A stretch of DNA of 64,000 nt from Planctomycetota bacterium (lineage in GTDB: Bacteria > Planctomycetota > UBA11346): contig JBBRLJ010000013.1 of the NCBI GenBank assembly GCA_038231435.1, forward strand, positions 32,001 to 96,000. Reading direction: 5' to 3'. The notes beneath the pieces were generated by a model, which saw only the letters and a program-made list of their open reading frames with translations, was not told the DNA's origin and made no database searches. The translations under genes were made by a program, and so were the position numbers. Below, piece by piece: positions 29,714 to 41,593 of this stretch. The stretch's first letter is position 1. The number at the start of each line of letters is the position of its first letter.

Positions 29714-32013
29714 GCGAGGCCGGTCTTGCGTCTGACGATCCATTCGAGGAACCAGCACAGCGCGATCGCGAGCAGCAGCAGGGGGGCGTCGCGCAGCTCG
29801 CGTTCGTCGATGGCCTCGGCGGCGACCTTGCGGTTCGAGGCGTGCGCGACGATCGCCTCGATGGCCTTGTCGAGCTTGCCCTGCAGGTCGACGGTGCCCT
29901 CGCCGGCCTCGGCGATGCGCGTGAGCGCGGCGCCGTCGAGATCGGGGTGCGAGAACTCGGGCGACGAGCGCACCGCGCTGAACGCGGCGGTGCGCGGCTC
30001 GAGCACACCCGCGCCGCCGCCCGCCGCGGGCAGCTCGGCGGTGGCGGCGATCTCATAATCGCCGACGTCGTTGGGACGATAGGTGGCGCGGTAGACGCCC
30101 TCCTCGCCGAGCACCCACGGCAGGGTCAGCTCGTCGATATGGCCGAACGGGTCCTTCACCTTCGCCGTCACCGTGGCACTGTTGGCTGGGCGGTGGGCCC
30201 GGTCGAGCACCTGCGCGGTGATCGTCACCTGCTGGCCGACGTCGGCGACGCCGACGTCGGGCTCGACGGTCAGCAGTTCCTTCGAGCCGGCCGCCAGCCA
30301 GCGGATCATCTGCGACCAGAAGCGGCGGAAGCTGTCGTCGGCGGCTGGCTTGAGCATCTTCCAGCGCCAGCTGTTGGCCGAGGCGAACGCGGCCACGCGG
30401 CCGGCGCCGACGTCCTGCACCGCGAGCAGCACCTGCGCCGGGCTGCCGCCGCTGGCCGGACGCTGCGCGAGGACGTGCGCGCCCGGCTTTGCCGAATACA
30501 GCGGATTGAGCCCCTTGAGCAGCGGCATCACGTGCCATTGGCTGGCGTTCTCGGCCGGATCGGACGCCAGCGCGAGGATCTCGTGCTCGGTGCCCTCCTT
30601 GGTCAGCTCGAACGGGAATTCGCCAGCATCGAAAGCTCCGGCGGATGCGCCTCCGAGGCGCACCGGCAGAAGCTCGGCCACCGGCGTGTCCGCCCAGCCG
30701 CCGAGATTGAACGAATTGGTGCCGCCAAGCATGAGCAGGCCGCCGCCGCGCACCGAGACGAAGTCCGAGATCAGCTTCTGCTGGTCGGCCGGAAACTGCG
30801 CCGCCTCGATGTCGCTGAGGATGATCGCCTTGAAGCGGCCGAGTGCCTCGGCGGTCTTGGGGAAGCCGTTCGCGAGCGCGGTGCCCTCGTCACCGCTGGT
30901 GTACCAGCGGTCGTGACCGAGGCGCAGCAGGGTGACGACCTTGAACACCTTGTCATCGGACATGCAGCGGCGGATGAAGGCGAATTCGTGGCGCGGCGAG
31001 CCCTCGACGAACAGCACCTCGACGCGCGATTCCTGGAGATCGATGCGGAAATCGCGGCGGTTGTTGTCGAGCAGCTTCTCGCCGCCCACCGCGGGGATCT
31101 CGATGCGGTAGGTGGAGCTGGCGCCCTCGGCCGAGTTCTGGTCGCCGCCGCCGCCGGCGATGAACGACAGCGTCGCCGTCTGCGGTCCGTCGCCCTGGGG
31201 CGGCAGCTCGACGTCCTTGATGAAGGTGTCGCCGCGGAAGAGCTTCACCTCGATCGGTCCGCTGATCGCGCGCCGCGCGACGCTGACCCCGACCTCGACC
31301 AGCGAGCCGGCCTGCGCGGCGCGCGGATGGCGCACCGCGGTGATCGCGGCGTCGGGTCCTGAGCCGACGCCGCCGAAGCCCACCGCGTGCACCGCGGTGC
31401 CGCGGCCGGCGGCGTAGCGCGCCATGGCCTCGGGATCGCCGCCGGTGGTATCCACGCCGTCGGTGAGCAGCAGCATCGCCTCGAGCGGTACGCCGCGCAC
31501 CGACTGCGCGATATCCTTGATCCCGGCCGCGAGATGCGTGGCCTCGTCCCCCGCGGCGAGCGCCCCGAGCCGGGCAGCATCCAGCGGTCGCACCGCGTTG
31601 CCGAAGGCGAACAGGCGCACCTGCCCGGCTTTGGAAAGCCGTTCGAGCGCACTGGCCGAGAGCGCGTCGCGCGCGGCGTCGAGTCGGCTGGGTCCGCCGG
31701 CGGAGAGGCCCATGCTCTTTGACGCGTCGATCGCCACCGCGATGACGCCCGAGGCGTCGTCCTTCTGGCGCAGCCGCAGCACCGGGCCGAGCACTGCCGT
31801 GATCAGCAGCGCGACGCCGATGGTGCGGAATGCGACCAGGGCGAAGCGGCGCGCGCGCGTCAGACGCGGTGCCTCGCGGCGGTACAGCCACCACATCAGC
31901 AGGGCAACGCCCGCGAGAGCGAGGACCGCGAGTTCGGGGCGCAGCGGATGCGCCAGGCCCAGCTCTCCGGCTCGGTAGTCAGCGGGCGCGTACTTGATCA
32001 GCCAATCCAGCAT
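29710..32013 (-). CDS. Membrane protein with vWA and glutamine amidotransferase-like domains
   Basis: DASKSM, LLTDG, VLFVEGSPRHEF, GGGLLMLGG, FWSQMIRWL; start MLDWL. Confidence 0.8.
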   Translation of the reverse strand: MLDWLIKYAPADYRAGELGLAHPLRPELAVLALAGVALLMWWLYRREAPRLTRARRFALVAFRTIGVALLITAVLGPVLRLRQKDDASGVIAVAIDASKSMGLSAGGPSRLDAARDALSASALERLSKAGQVRLFAFGNAVRPLDAARLGALAAGDEATHLAAGIKDIAQSVRGVPLEAMLLLTDGVDTTGGDPEAMARYAAGRGTAVHAVGFGGVGSGPDAAITAVRHPRAAQAGSLVEVGVSVARRAISGPIEVKLFRGDTFIKDVELPPQGDGPQTATLSFIAGGGGDQNSAEGASSTYRIEIPAVGGEKLLDNNRRDFRIDLQESRVEVLFVEGSPRHEFAFIRRCMSDDKVFKVVTLLRLGHDRWYTSGDEGTALANGFPKTAEALGRFKAIILSDIEAAQFPADQQKLISDFVSVRGGGLLMLGGTNSFNLGGWADTPVAELLPVRLGGASAGAFDAGEFPFELTKEGTEHEILALASDPAENASQWHVMPLLKGLNPLYSAKPGAHVLAQRPASGGSPAQVLLAVQDVGAGRVAAFASANSWRWKMLKPAADDSFRRFWSQMIRWLAAGSKELLTVEPDVGVADVGQQVTITAQVLDRAHRPANSATVTAKVKDPFGHIDELTLPWVLGEEGVYRATYRPNDVGDYEIAATAELPAAGGGAGVLEPRTAAFSAVRSSPEFSHPDLDGAALTRIAEAGEGTVDLQGKLDKAIEAIVAHASNRKVAAEAIDERELRDAPLLLLAIALCWFLEWIVRRKTGLA

Positions 32014-32014
32014 G

Positions 32015-34621
32015 TCAGCGCGCCGCGGGCGGTTCGTCGGCGGCGAGCGCGCGCAGGTAGTCGGCGACCGCCTTCTGATAGGCGGCGGGGATCGGATCCT
32101 TGAGGAAGCCGCGCGCGGCGGCGCCATCGCGCTCCTTCTCGATCAGCCGGTCGATCATGCCCTCGAGCTTCTCGACCTGCCGCACCAACCGGTCGACGCG
32201 CTGCAGGCTACCATCGAGATCGTCTTCAAAGCCGGTGCCCTGCTTCACCTGCTCGCGCAGCCGCGCGACCTCGTCAGGCGCCACCGGCGCGAGGCGAGCG
32301 AGCGTCTGCTCGAGCTGTTCGCGCAGCTTGGTGGCCGAGGCATCGATGGCCTTGCCAAGGTTCGCCGAGAGTTTGCCGCCGTGACTGCGCTCGCTTCCCG
32401 CCCCCGAACCCTTGCCCGTGCCGTCGGCACCGGCGCCTGGCGCGCCGGTGGGTTCGGCGTCGCTCGCGGGACCGCCGGCGGTCTTGTTCGCGGGATCCGG
32501 CTTGTCGCCAGGCTGGGGAACTTTGCCGGTTTTGTCGTCCGGCTTCGCGGCTGGATCGGCGCCGCCCTTCGCCGCAGCATCCGGCTTGCCGGAGCCTGGT
32601 TTGCCGCCCGCGTCGGTTCCGGGTTTGTCGCCTGGCTTGTCGCCGCCCTTCACTACGGAGCCCGCGGCCGCCGTGGCATCCGGCTTGCCGGCCGCTTCGG
32701 TTCCAGGCTTGTCGCCAGTCTCGGTTCCCGGATCGCCCTGGGCCTGCGCGCCGGCTGCGGTCTCGGCGGCGCGTTCGAGTCCGCGCAGCTCGCTCGAGAT
32801 GCGTTGCAGCGAGGCGAGATCCTTGCGCAGCATCGCTCCACCGCCGCCGGTGAGCGCCTGGTCGGCGGCCTCCACGCCGCCGCGCGCCTCGGCGAGCGCG
32901 GCCTTCACCTTCGCCATCGCCTCGGTGGCCGCGCCGAGATCGCCATCCTTCAGCGCCATCGCCGCATTCACCGCCTGTTGCGGCGCCTTGCTGTCCTTGA
33001 GGCCCTTGGCCGCACCGGCGAGCGCGTCGCGCGCCGCGGTCTGGTTGCTGCGCGCGCCGCCGTCGGCGGCGTCGCCCATGGCGCCGGCGAGCTCCTTCAA
33101 TTCGGCTAGCGCGGCATCGACCTCGCCCTTCACCTTGCCCTGCTCGACCATCAGCTCGGTGGCCTTGTCGCGCCGCGAGGTCTGGTCTCCTCCGCCCTGG
33201 CCGAGGTCACGGGTGCGCGCCATCACCTTGTCCTGGCGCGCCTGCAGCTCGGTCAGGCGCTGGGCGAGGCTCGCCACCGCCTGCTGCGCGCCCGCGGCCC
33301 CGGCGGCGTCGGTGCCGGCGTTGGCGGCGGCGATCATGCGCTCGGTATTGCGCGCCGCGGCCTCGGCTCCGGCCGTGTCGCCAGCGCGCATCTTCTCGGC
33401 GGCCTGGGCGGCGGCATCGGCGGCGGCATCGAAAGCGGCGGCCATGGCTTCGTCGCCGCGCCCCTCGCGCATCTTCTGCGCCTGGGCGCGCAACCCTTTC
33501 GCAACCGCGTCCTGCTGCTCGGCGAGATCACCGCCGGCCGCTCCGGCCTTGGCTGCATCGGATGTGCTAGTCGGCTTGCCGACCGCGCCATTGGGAGCGA
33601 TTGCGTCGGTCTTCGCGGCATCGGCCACTGCCTGGGCATCGGCGGTGGCGCCGCCGGGCTGGTTTCCAGCGGGCTTGTCGCCCGGCTTGCCGGGCTTGTC
33701 TCCCGCCGCGGCGCCGGCCGCGGTGGTGCCAGCGGGCTTGTCGCCTGGTTTGTCGCCAGTCTGGGCGCCCGCGGTCTGGGTGCCCGGCTTGTCCCCGGGC
33801 TTGTCGCCTGGCTGGCCAGCGGCCTGGACTCCGGCCGGCTGATCGCCTGGCTTCGCTCCCGCCGGCTTGTCACCAGGCTTGTCCCCTGGTTTCCCGGCGC
33901 CCGCGGGCTGCGCACCAGCCGCCTGGGCGCCCGCGGGCTTGTCACCAGCGGCCTGCGGCTGTCCGGCGGCTGCAGGCTTCTGCGCGCCAGCTGCGGCCTG
34001 CTGATCCTTCTTAGGATCTTGCTTCGGATCAGCCTGCTGCTGATCCGGGTCCTGCTGCTGATCGGGGTCGGGCTTGCCGCCACCACCGGCGGTGGCCTGG
34101 GCGTGAAGATCCTTCAGCTTCTTGGTGATGTCTTTCTGCTTGGTCTCCAATTCCTTGGTGACGTCCCGGCTCTCCTTCACCAGCTTGCGCAGGTGCAGGC
34201 CCTTGTAGTCGTACTCATCGGCGGCCAGCTGGCCGCCGCTCTTGGCGATCTCGAGCATGGTCTCGATGCCGCCGAGGGTCTCGAGCTTGTCCGCGGACGT
34301 GCCCTGCTCCTCGCGGAAATCCCCGGCGCCAACGGTGATCGTCTCGGGGACGATCAGGCCGAGCTTGCGCTGCAGGGCGAGCGCCTTGCGGAACTCCTCT
34401 GCCGCCGCGCCCGGCTGGTTCTTCTCGGTGAGCAGCGCATAGGCCGCATCGATGTGGGTATTCGCCTGGTCGAGGATGGCATGCTGTTCTGGGGTGAGCG
34501 TCACGTGCTTCGGGCCGGCGAGATGGCGGATCTTGGTACCGTCGGCGGCGGTGCCGGAGGTGGCGGCGGAGGCCGCGGGTGCGGCCATGGCGATGGCGAG
34601 CAGGGCGGTGGCGATCTTCAT
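32015..34621 (-). CDS. Exported coiled-coil, low-complexity protein with PGDK repeats
   Basis: Signal peptide, heptad-rich helices, KPGD arrays, C-terminal P..Y...V..Y motif. Confidence 0.7.
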   Translation of the reverse strand: MKIATALLAIAMAAPAASAATSGTAADGTKIRHLAGPKHVTLTPEQHAILDQANTHIDAAYALLTEKNQPGAAAEEFRKALALQRKLGLIVPETITVGAGDFREEQGTSADKLETLGGIETMLEIAKSGGQLAADEYDYKGLHLRKLVKESRDVTKELETKQKDITKKLKDLHAQATAGGGGKPDPDQQQDPDQQQADPKQDPKKDQQAAAGAQKPAAAGQPQAAGDKPAGAQAAGAQPAGAGKPGDKPGDKPAGAKPGDQPAGVQAAGQPGDKPGDKPGTQTAGAQTGDKPGDKPAGTTAAGAAAGDKPGKPGDKPAGNQPGGATADAQAVADAAKTDAIAPNGAVGKPTSTSDAAKAGAAGGDLAEQQDAVAKGLRAQAQKMREGRGDEAMAAAFDAAADAAAQAAEKMRAGDTAGAEAAARNTERMIAAANAGTDAAGAAGAQQAVASLAQRLTELQARQDKVMARTRDLGQGGGDQTSRRDKATELMVEQGKVKGEVDAALAELKELAGAMGDAADGGARSNQTAARDALAGAAKGLKDSKAPQQAVNAAMALKDGDLGAATEAMAKVKAALAEARGGVEAADQALTGGGGAMLRKDLASLQRISSELRGLERAAETAAGAQAQGDPGTETGDKPGTEAAGKPDATAAAGSVVKGGDKPGDKPGTDAGGKPGSGKPDAAAKGGADPAAKPDDKTGKVPQPGDKPDPANKTAGGPASDAEPTGAPGAGADGTGKGSGAGSERSHGGKLSANLGKAIDASATKLREQLEQTLARLAPVAPDEVARLREQVKQGTGFEDDLDGSLQRVDRLVRQVEKLEGMIDRLIEKERDGAAARGFLKDPIPAAYQKAVADYLRALAADEPPAAR

Positions 34622-34622
34622 G

Positions 34623-36434
34623 CTATTTTCTCTCCACGAGGAAGTCGGCGATGCGTTTGCATTCGGCGCGCAGCTGTTCGTCGGTCATCTTGGCGCGTTT
34701 CGCATCGAGATCGTGCGAGGCGCCGATGAGGGTGATGAGCTCGGGGGCAGAGGGCGCGTGCTTGGCGCCGGTCTCGGGCCAGCCGCCGTAGTGGGCGGCG
34801 CTCTCGAGCGCGCCGACGGTGATCGAATACACGTCGCTGCTCGAGACCTGTCCCTTGAGGTCGACGGCCTCGACATGGAAGACGATCGAATCGCCGCGTT
34901 TCACCTCCTTGCGATCGCAGAGCGCGATCTGGAACTCGGCGACCTGGATCTTGCCCGCGCCCAGGGTCTCGCGGCGGACGACCACCGGGTCCTCGAGCCC
35001 ATAGGCCATCACCAGGCGGACCTCCTTCAGTGCGATGTCGTCCTCGGCGCGCGCGGCGATGGCGATCTCGGCCATCGGGTGCACCTGGGTGTCCGCCAAC
35101 GGATACAGCAGTTCGATGGTCGGTGGGCCGTCGCGGCGGGACACCACCGGCCACGGTCCTTCGATGCCTGAGACCGGGTTGCCGTCGGCGTCGATCGCCG
35201 AGAGGCGCCACTGGCCGTCCGCCGAGAGGGTGAAGGTGCCCGTGGCCTTGGCGTTCGTGATGGTCAGGGCGCCGGCCTTGCTCCCCGGTGCCTGGAGCGT
35301 CCCCGACGAGAGCGGACCGCTGGTCTCGAGATCCACATCCACCACCGTGCCTTCGACCGCATCGATCGCTCCGGCGGCGGCTTGGTGATCGGGCAGGTGC
35401 AGGTAGGCGGGATAGCGCAACACCATGGTGGCGTGCTTGAGGCTCGCCGAGTCGTAGACGGTGATGGGGAATTCCGACGATTTCGCCGGCCCCATGGTCA
35501 CCGCGTAGGCGGTGTCGACGGTGAGGTCGGGCAACATCGCCTGGAAGGCCTCCGGATGAGCCGGGTCCTCGGTCATCGGCAAGGTGCGCCACTGGCCCGC
35601 GCTGTCGCGCCAGGTCAGGGTGGGCGGCTCGGTGACGCGGTTGGCGCTGGCGTGGACGCGCAGGCCGTCGCCGCGACGCACCCGTGCCGCTCCTGGCTGT
35701 ACGTGCAGCTCGATCGGCGCAGGGATCTTGGCCTGCTGCTCGGCGAGGATCTCGTGGTTGCGGCGGTCGATGTCCGCCTTCTTCTTCGCCGCCACCAGCT
35801 CGGCCTGGTTCATCGGCACCGTCGTCCAGGGCGCGAGCACGCGCGCGAACTCGTGCGTCGCCAGTCCGGGACGGACGCCCGCAAAACCGAGCACCACGGC
35901 GCACGCCACACCTGCGGCGAGCGCGCGGCGCCCCAGTCGGCGCCGGTCGATCATCGACCACGGGCTCACCAGTGCCGCCTGCGCCAGGCAGTCGTCGATC
36001 AGGGCGAGGGCCAGCTCATCGCGCAGCGGATCGGCGCCCGGACGGATCTCGACCGCGGCGACCATCGCCCCGGCCAGCGCCGGCACGCGCGATTCGATGT
36101 GCAGCGCGACCTGCTCGTCGCTGATCCGGCGCCGCCAGGGCGCGGCGATCATCAGCGCCGCGCTGGCGACGAGGGCGGAGAGCGAAGCGCCGAGCAGCGC
36201 CCAGCGCCAGGGTGCTTCGAGATGGTACGCGCAATCGATCGCCACCAGCACCAGGACGAGCAGGCAGGCCTCGGCGAGCACCGTGGCGACACCCGCAAGG
36301 ATGCTGGCGCGTCGCCAGGCGCGGCGCACCGCATCGATGCGCTGCGAGAGCGGGAGCGAGCGCATGCCCTCGGCCCCGATCTGGTCTCCATCCGGTCGGC
36401 TGTCGGGCAGGTTGTCGGAGACGGTGCCGTGCAT
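34623..36434 (-). CDS. DUF4175-like membrane protein
   Basis: N-terminal TM segments, QPG...V.RG, YPAY, D.PP, AEDDIAL; start overlaps the upstream stop (TGATG). Confidence 0.7.
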   Translation of the reverse strand: MHGTVSDNLPDSRPDGDQIGAEGMRSLPLSQRIDAVRRAWRRASILAGVATVLAEACLLVLVLVAIDCAYHLEAPWRWALLGASLSALVASAALMIAAPWRRRISDEQVALHIESRVPALAGAMVAAVEIRPGADPLRDELALALIDDCLAQAALVSPWSMIDRRRLGRRALAAGVACAVVLGFAGVRPGLATHEFARVLAPWTTVPMNQAELVAAKKKADIDRRNHEILAEQQAKIPAPIELHVQPGAARVRRGDGLRVHASANRVTEPPTLTWRDSAGQWRTLPMTEDPAHPEAFQAMLPDLTVDTAYAVTMGPAKSSEFPITVYDSASLKHATMVLRYPAYLHLPDHQAAAGAIDAVEGTVVDVDLETSGPLSSGTLQAPGSKAGALTITNAKATGTFTLSADGQWRLSAIDADGNPVSGIEGPWPVVSRRDGPPTIELLYPLADTQVHPMAEIAIAARAEDDIALKEVRLVMAYGLEDPVVVRRETLGAGKIQVAEFQIALCDRKEVKRGDSIVFHVEAVDLKGQVSSSDVYSITVGALESAAHYGGWPETGAKHAPSAPELITLIGASHDLDAKRAKMTDEQLRAECKRIADFLVERK

Positions 36435-38464
36435 CAGGTCCTCGACGCCGCTTGGGCCAGCCGCAACTCGATGGGGAGCAGCGCGGCGAGCGCGATCAGG
36501 AACCACCAGCCGAGATTCCAGCGGCGCTCGGCCGCCAGTTTTTCGTCAGGCATCAGCACGCGTTCCAGCCCACGCCCCACCGCGCGCACCTGCACCTGGG
36601 TGGGCGCGGTCACCAGCTTCTCGACTTCGGCGACCTCGAGCGCGGCGAGCTGCGATTCGCGCGCGTCGGCATTCACCGCATAGAGCGTGATCGCGCCATC
36701 ACCCGGACCGGGGCCCGCCGCCGACCGCACCGTCCAGATGCCGGGCTGGCCGAGCGACACTGCGGTGGGCGCCGCCACCGCGCGCTCATGGCCGGCCGGG
36801 TCCACGACGGTCGCACCCGCCGGCACCGCCACCGTCTCGCCAGCGGCGAGCGAGCGCGAGCGCTGGGTGCGCGAGGCGAGCTGACGCAGCGATTCGCGGA
36901 TGAAGGGCACGAACAACGGATGCAGCGGGAAGTAGCTGGCGCGGCGATCCAGGCACCCGGTGAACAGCAGCACCGTGCCGGCGCCGCGGCGGGCCTCGAT
37001 GAGGGCAGGCCGTTCGTCGTCGAAGCGCATCACCACATGCGCATCCTGGCTGTCCATGACGTCGGCGGCGCCAGAGAAACGCGCCGCGCCGAGATCGGAC
37101 TTGCCGTCGCCAATCAACGCCGCCACCAGCGGATGCGTGGCGTCGGCGGCGACCAGGTAGTGCGAGCCCTCGCTCCAGGCGCGCATGCGCGCGGGTAGCA
37201 GGCTGCCGAGCGCCGCGTTGAAGCGCGCCGGGTCGATGCCGGGCCCGAGGCCGATGAGCAGCCCGCCGCCGGCGCGTACGAACGCGTCGAGCCGCTTCGC
37301 ATCGTCCGCGCCCAGGCTCTCGACCGCGGTGAGCACCGCCACGTCGCGGCCCTTGAGGTCCCCGAGCGAGCGCTCGATCTCGGCAGCGTACGGCGATTCG
37401 GCGCCGGAATTCAGCGCCATGCCCACGTAGTAGGCCGAGTCGGAAGCGCTGTCGTCGCTCGGATTGCCGTCGAGCACCGCCACCCGCACCTTGTCGACCA
37501 CGCGCGCCACGAAGCTGAAGCTATCGTCGCCGGGAAGCGCGATGGGCGCGGCGAGCAGCGACACCGAGGCTGGATGGTCGCCAGCGGCGCGCACGGTGCC
37601 CACCAGCGACGCCACCGCCTCGCCATCCTGGGGCAGATGAACCGTGCGGCGGTCGAGCTCCTTGCCGTCGACGATGAGCTTCGCGTCGACGGTGCGTTCG
37701 GGGCCGCTGTTGGCGATGCGCGCGGTGACGGCGAGGTTGCGCTCGCTCGGCGTGATCTCGGCGGGGAACGAGCCTCCGCTGATCGCCACCGCGCCGTCGG
37801 TCTGCACGTCGCCCCCGCCAACCTTGTGCACGCGCACCGTCCAGCCGGTGGGCGGATGGCGGGGCTCGTGGGTGCGCGGGAAGCCGATCGCCTGGAGATC
37901 GGAGATGAGGTGGATCTCTCCGGTCGATCCGCGCACGCTGTCGATCGCGCGATCCAGTGCGGCCAGCGCGTCGGTGCCGGCGCCGGTGGGCGCGGCGCGC
38001 GCGATCATCGCCGCGGCGTCGTCGCGGTCCTTCGCGGCGCCCACCGCGGCGCTGCCGACGTCGGCGAAGGTGGCCACGGCGAGCAGCGCTCCGCCCGGAG
38101 ACTTGGCGAGCACGGCCTCGGCCTCGCGTCGGGCATCCTCCATGCGCTTGCCGATGGTCATCGAGCGCGACACGTCGAGCAGGATGACCACCTCGTGCTG
38201 CGAGGTGCCGGTGGGGCCGGAGCCGCCGCCGACCAGCGGCCTGGCGAAGGCGGCGATCAGCAACAGCACGCAGGCGATGCGCAGCGCGAGCAGCAGGTTC
38301 TCGAGCCAGCGGCGGCGCGTCAGCAGCTGGCGGCCCTCGCCCTTGAGGAAGCGCAGCGACGGGAAGAGCACGCGCGTGAGCCGTTCGCGCAGGAGGATGT
38401 GCAGGATCAGCGGCACCGCCGCCAACGCCGCCAACCACAGCAGGCCCGGGTTCAGCCAGCTCAT
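36434..38464 (-). CDS. BatA N-terminal domain plus vWA protein
   Basis: WLNP..L...PLILH, FPSLRFL, AFARP, MIDAS DVSRSM, ISDLQ. Confidence 0.88.
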   Translation of the reverse strand: MSWLNPGLLWLAALAAVPLILHILLRERLTRVLFPSLRFLKGEGRQLLTRRRWLENLLLALRIACVLLLIAAFARPLVGGGSGPTGTSQHEVVILLDVSRSMTIGKRMEDARREAEAVLAKSPGGALLAVATFADVGSAAVGAAKDRDDAAAMIARAAPTGAGTDALAALDRAIDSVRGSTGEIHLISDLQAIGFPRTHEPRHPPTGWTVRVHKVGGGDVQTDGAVAISGGSFPAEITPSERNLAVTARIANSGPERTVDAKLIVDGKELDRRTVHLPQDGEAVASLVGTVRAAGDHPASVSLLAAPIALPGDDSFSFVARVVDKVRVAVLDGNPSDDSASDSAYYVGMALNSGAESPYAAEIERSLGDLKGRDVAVLTAVESLGADDAKRLDAFVRAGGGLLIGLGPGIDPARFNAALGSLLPARMRAWSEGSHYLVAADATHPLVAALIGDGKSDLGAARFSGAADVMDSQDAHVVMRFDDERPALIEARRGAGTVLLFTGCLDRRASYFPLHPLFVPFIRESLRQLASRTQRSRSLAAGETVAVPAGATVVDPAGHERAVAAPTAVSLGQPGIWTVRSAAGPGPGDGAITLYAVNADARESQLAALEVAEVEKLVTAPTQVQVRAVGRGLERVLMPDEKLAAERRWNLGWWFLIALAALLPIELRLAQAASRT

Positions 38465-39405
38465 CCCGCCCTCCCGCGGCGATGCAGCCATTCGGCGAGC
38501 GCCAGGTCGAGCGGCTGGCTGGTGTCGAAGACCACGTGGTCGATGCCGAGATCGGCCATCATCGCCTTCACCGCGTCCTGATGACGGTTGAAGCCTTCGA
38601 GGTAGGCGGTGCGCGCCGAACGCGCCGAGGTGACGATGCGCTCGTTGGTCTCCAGGTCGGTGAACTCGGTGAGGCCGTCGAAGGGGAATTCGAGCTCATG
38701 GGGATCGAGCACCTGGAAGACCAGCACCTCGTGCCCGGCGAAGCGCAAGTGCTGCAGCGCGGGCGCGAGCGGTGCGAGATCGCCGAGCAGGTCGCTGATC
38801 AGCACCACCATGCCGCGGCGGCGGATGGCCTCGGCGGCACGGTGCAGCGGCTCGTGCAGCGAGGTCTCGCCGCCGGGTTCGGCATTGGCGAGCTCGGTGA
38901 GGATGCGCTGCAGGTGGCTCTGGCGCAGCTTGGCGGGCAGGAAGGTGCGCACTTCGTCGTCGAAGATGGCGAGCCCGGCGGCGTCGCGCTGGCCCATCAT
39001 GAAGAAGGCCAGGCAGGCAGCCATGCGCGTCGCGTACTCGAGCTTGGTGCGCGTCTGCGGGCTTCCTTCCTTGCCGGAGCCGTAGCCCATCGAGGCGCTG
39101 GCGTCGACCAGCAGGTGGCAGGCGAGGTTGGTCTCCTCTTCATACAGTTTCAGGTAATGCCGGTCGGTCTTGGCGTAGGCCTTCCAGTCGATGCGCTTCA
39201 CGTCGTCGCCCGGGACATACGGCCGGTACTCGGCGAACTCGACGCTGAAGCCGCGGTAGGGCGAACGGTGGAGGCCGAGGATGAAACCCTCGACCACGGT
39301 CTTGGCCAACAGCTCGAGGTTGCCCAGGCGCGCGAGCGCCGCCGCGTCGAGCAGGTCGATGCCCGCCGTGCGATCGTCGCCTTTCGCTCCTTTGCCGAGA
39401 GCCAT
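38461..39405 (-). CDS. DUF58 family protein
   Basis: GLHRSPYRGFSVEFAEYRPYVPGDD...IDWK, DASASM. Confidence 0.93.
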   Translation of the reverse strand: MALGKGAKGDDRTAGIDLLDAAALARLGNLELLAKTVVEGFILGLHRSPYRGFSVEFAEYRPYVPGDDVKRIDWKAYAKTDRHYLKLYEEETNLACHLLVDASASMGYGSGKEGSPQTRTKLEYATRMAACLAFFMMGQRDAAGLAIFDDEVRTFLPAKLRQSHLQRILTELANAEPGGETSLHEPLHRAAEAIRRRGMVVLISDLLGDLAPLAPALQHLRFAGHEVLVFQVLDPHELEFPFDGLTEFTDLETNERIVTSARSARTAYLEGFNRHQDAVKAMMADLGIDHVVFDTSQPLDLALAEWLHRRGRAG

Positions 39406-39407
39406 GC

Positions 39408-40426
39408 CTACAGTCCCGAACGCGGCGGCTCGACCGCCTTCAGGAGTTTCTCGACCAGCTGCTCTGAACCGATCTTGGCCGCGTCGGCCTTGAAGTTCGG
39501 CACGATGCGGTGGCGCAGCACTGGCAGCGCCACCGCCTTGACGTCGTCGACCGAAGGCGCGAGGCGGCCCTCGAGCGCCGCGCGCGCACGCGCCGCCAGC
39601 ACCAGGTACTGCGAACCGCGCAGGCTGGCGCCGATCGAGACGAACTGCCTGATGAAGTCGGGAGCGGTGGCGTGCTTCGGCCGCGACGCCGCGGCCAGGC
39701 GCACCGCGTAGCGCGCTACCGCCGAGGACACCGGAAGCGCGCGCACCACGCGCTGGGCTTCGAGCAGCTGCTCGGCGCTGAGCGCCGATTCGATCGCGGA
39801 CTTGGTCTCGGAGGTGGTGCGATCGAGGATCGCCAGCTCTTCGTCCTTGGTCGGATAGCCGATCACCAGGCTGTACATGAAGCGGTCCTGCTGCGCGAGT
39901 GGCAGAGGGTAGGTGCCTTCCTGCTCGATCGGGTTCTGGGTCGCGAGCACGAAGAAGGGCTCGACCAGGGGCCGCGTCACGCCGCCGCTGGTGACCTGAC
40001 GTTCCTGCATGGCTTCTAACAGCGCCGCCTGGGTCTTGGGCGGTGTGCGGTTGATCTCGTCGGCGAGGACGATGTTGCTGAAGATCGGCCCTTCGACGAA
40101 CACCAGCTTGCGCTTGCCGCCTTCCTCTTTCAGCACCTCGTAGCCGACGATATCCGACGGCATCAGGTCGGGCGTGAACTGGATGCGCTTGAAGGACAGC
40201 GCCAGCGCCTGGCCGAGGCTGGCGATGAGCAGCGTCTTGGCGAGGCCCGGCACGCCGGTGATCAGGCAGTGGCCGCCGGCGAAGAAGCTGGTGAGCACGT
40301 CGTCGACCACGCGGTCTTGGCCGACGATGGCCTTGCGCACCTGTGCGAGCACCGCGGCGCGCGCCGCCTGCAGGCGCTGCACGTGCTGGGCTCCGAGCGG
40401 AGCGGAAGCGGGGGCTGACGCGGCGC

Positions 40427-40430
<4 letters not shown>
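39408..40430 (-). CDS. moxR: MoxR-family AAA+ ATPase (intact motifs)
   Basis: GVPGLAKT, DEINRTPPKTQ, ATQNPIEQEG; start MSAAS overlaps the upstream stop. Confidence 0.93.
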
Positions 40431-41452
<1,022 letters not shown>

Positions 41453-41593
41453 GCGTCCTCCGAGGTTCGTCCATCGTCAGTATGCCGTCCATGACCGCCA
41501 CAGCGCAAGCGCGCTCGGCCCGAGCCCTGTCAGTCTCTCTCCCGCTCCGTCCAGGTATCACCAGTGCGTCCGCCGCCGCCTGCGCGATCCACG

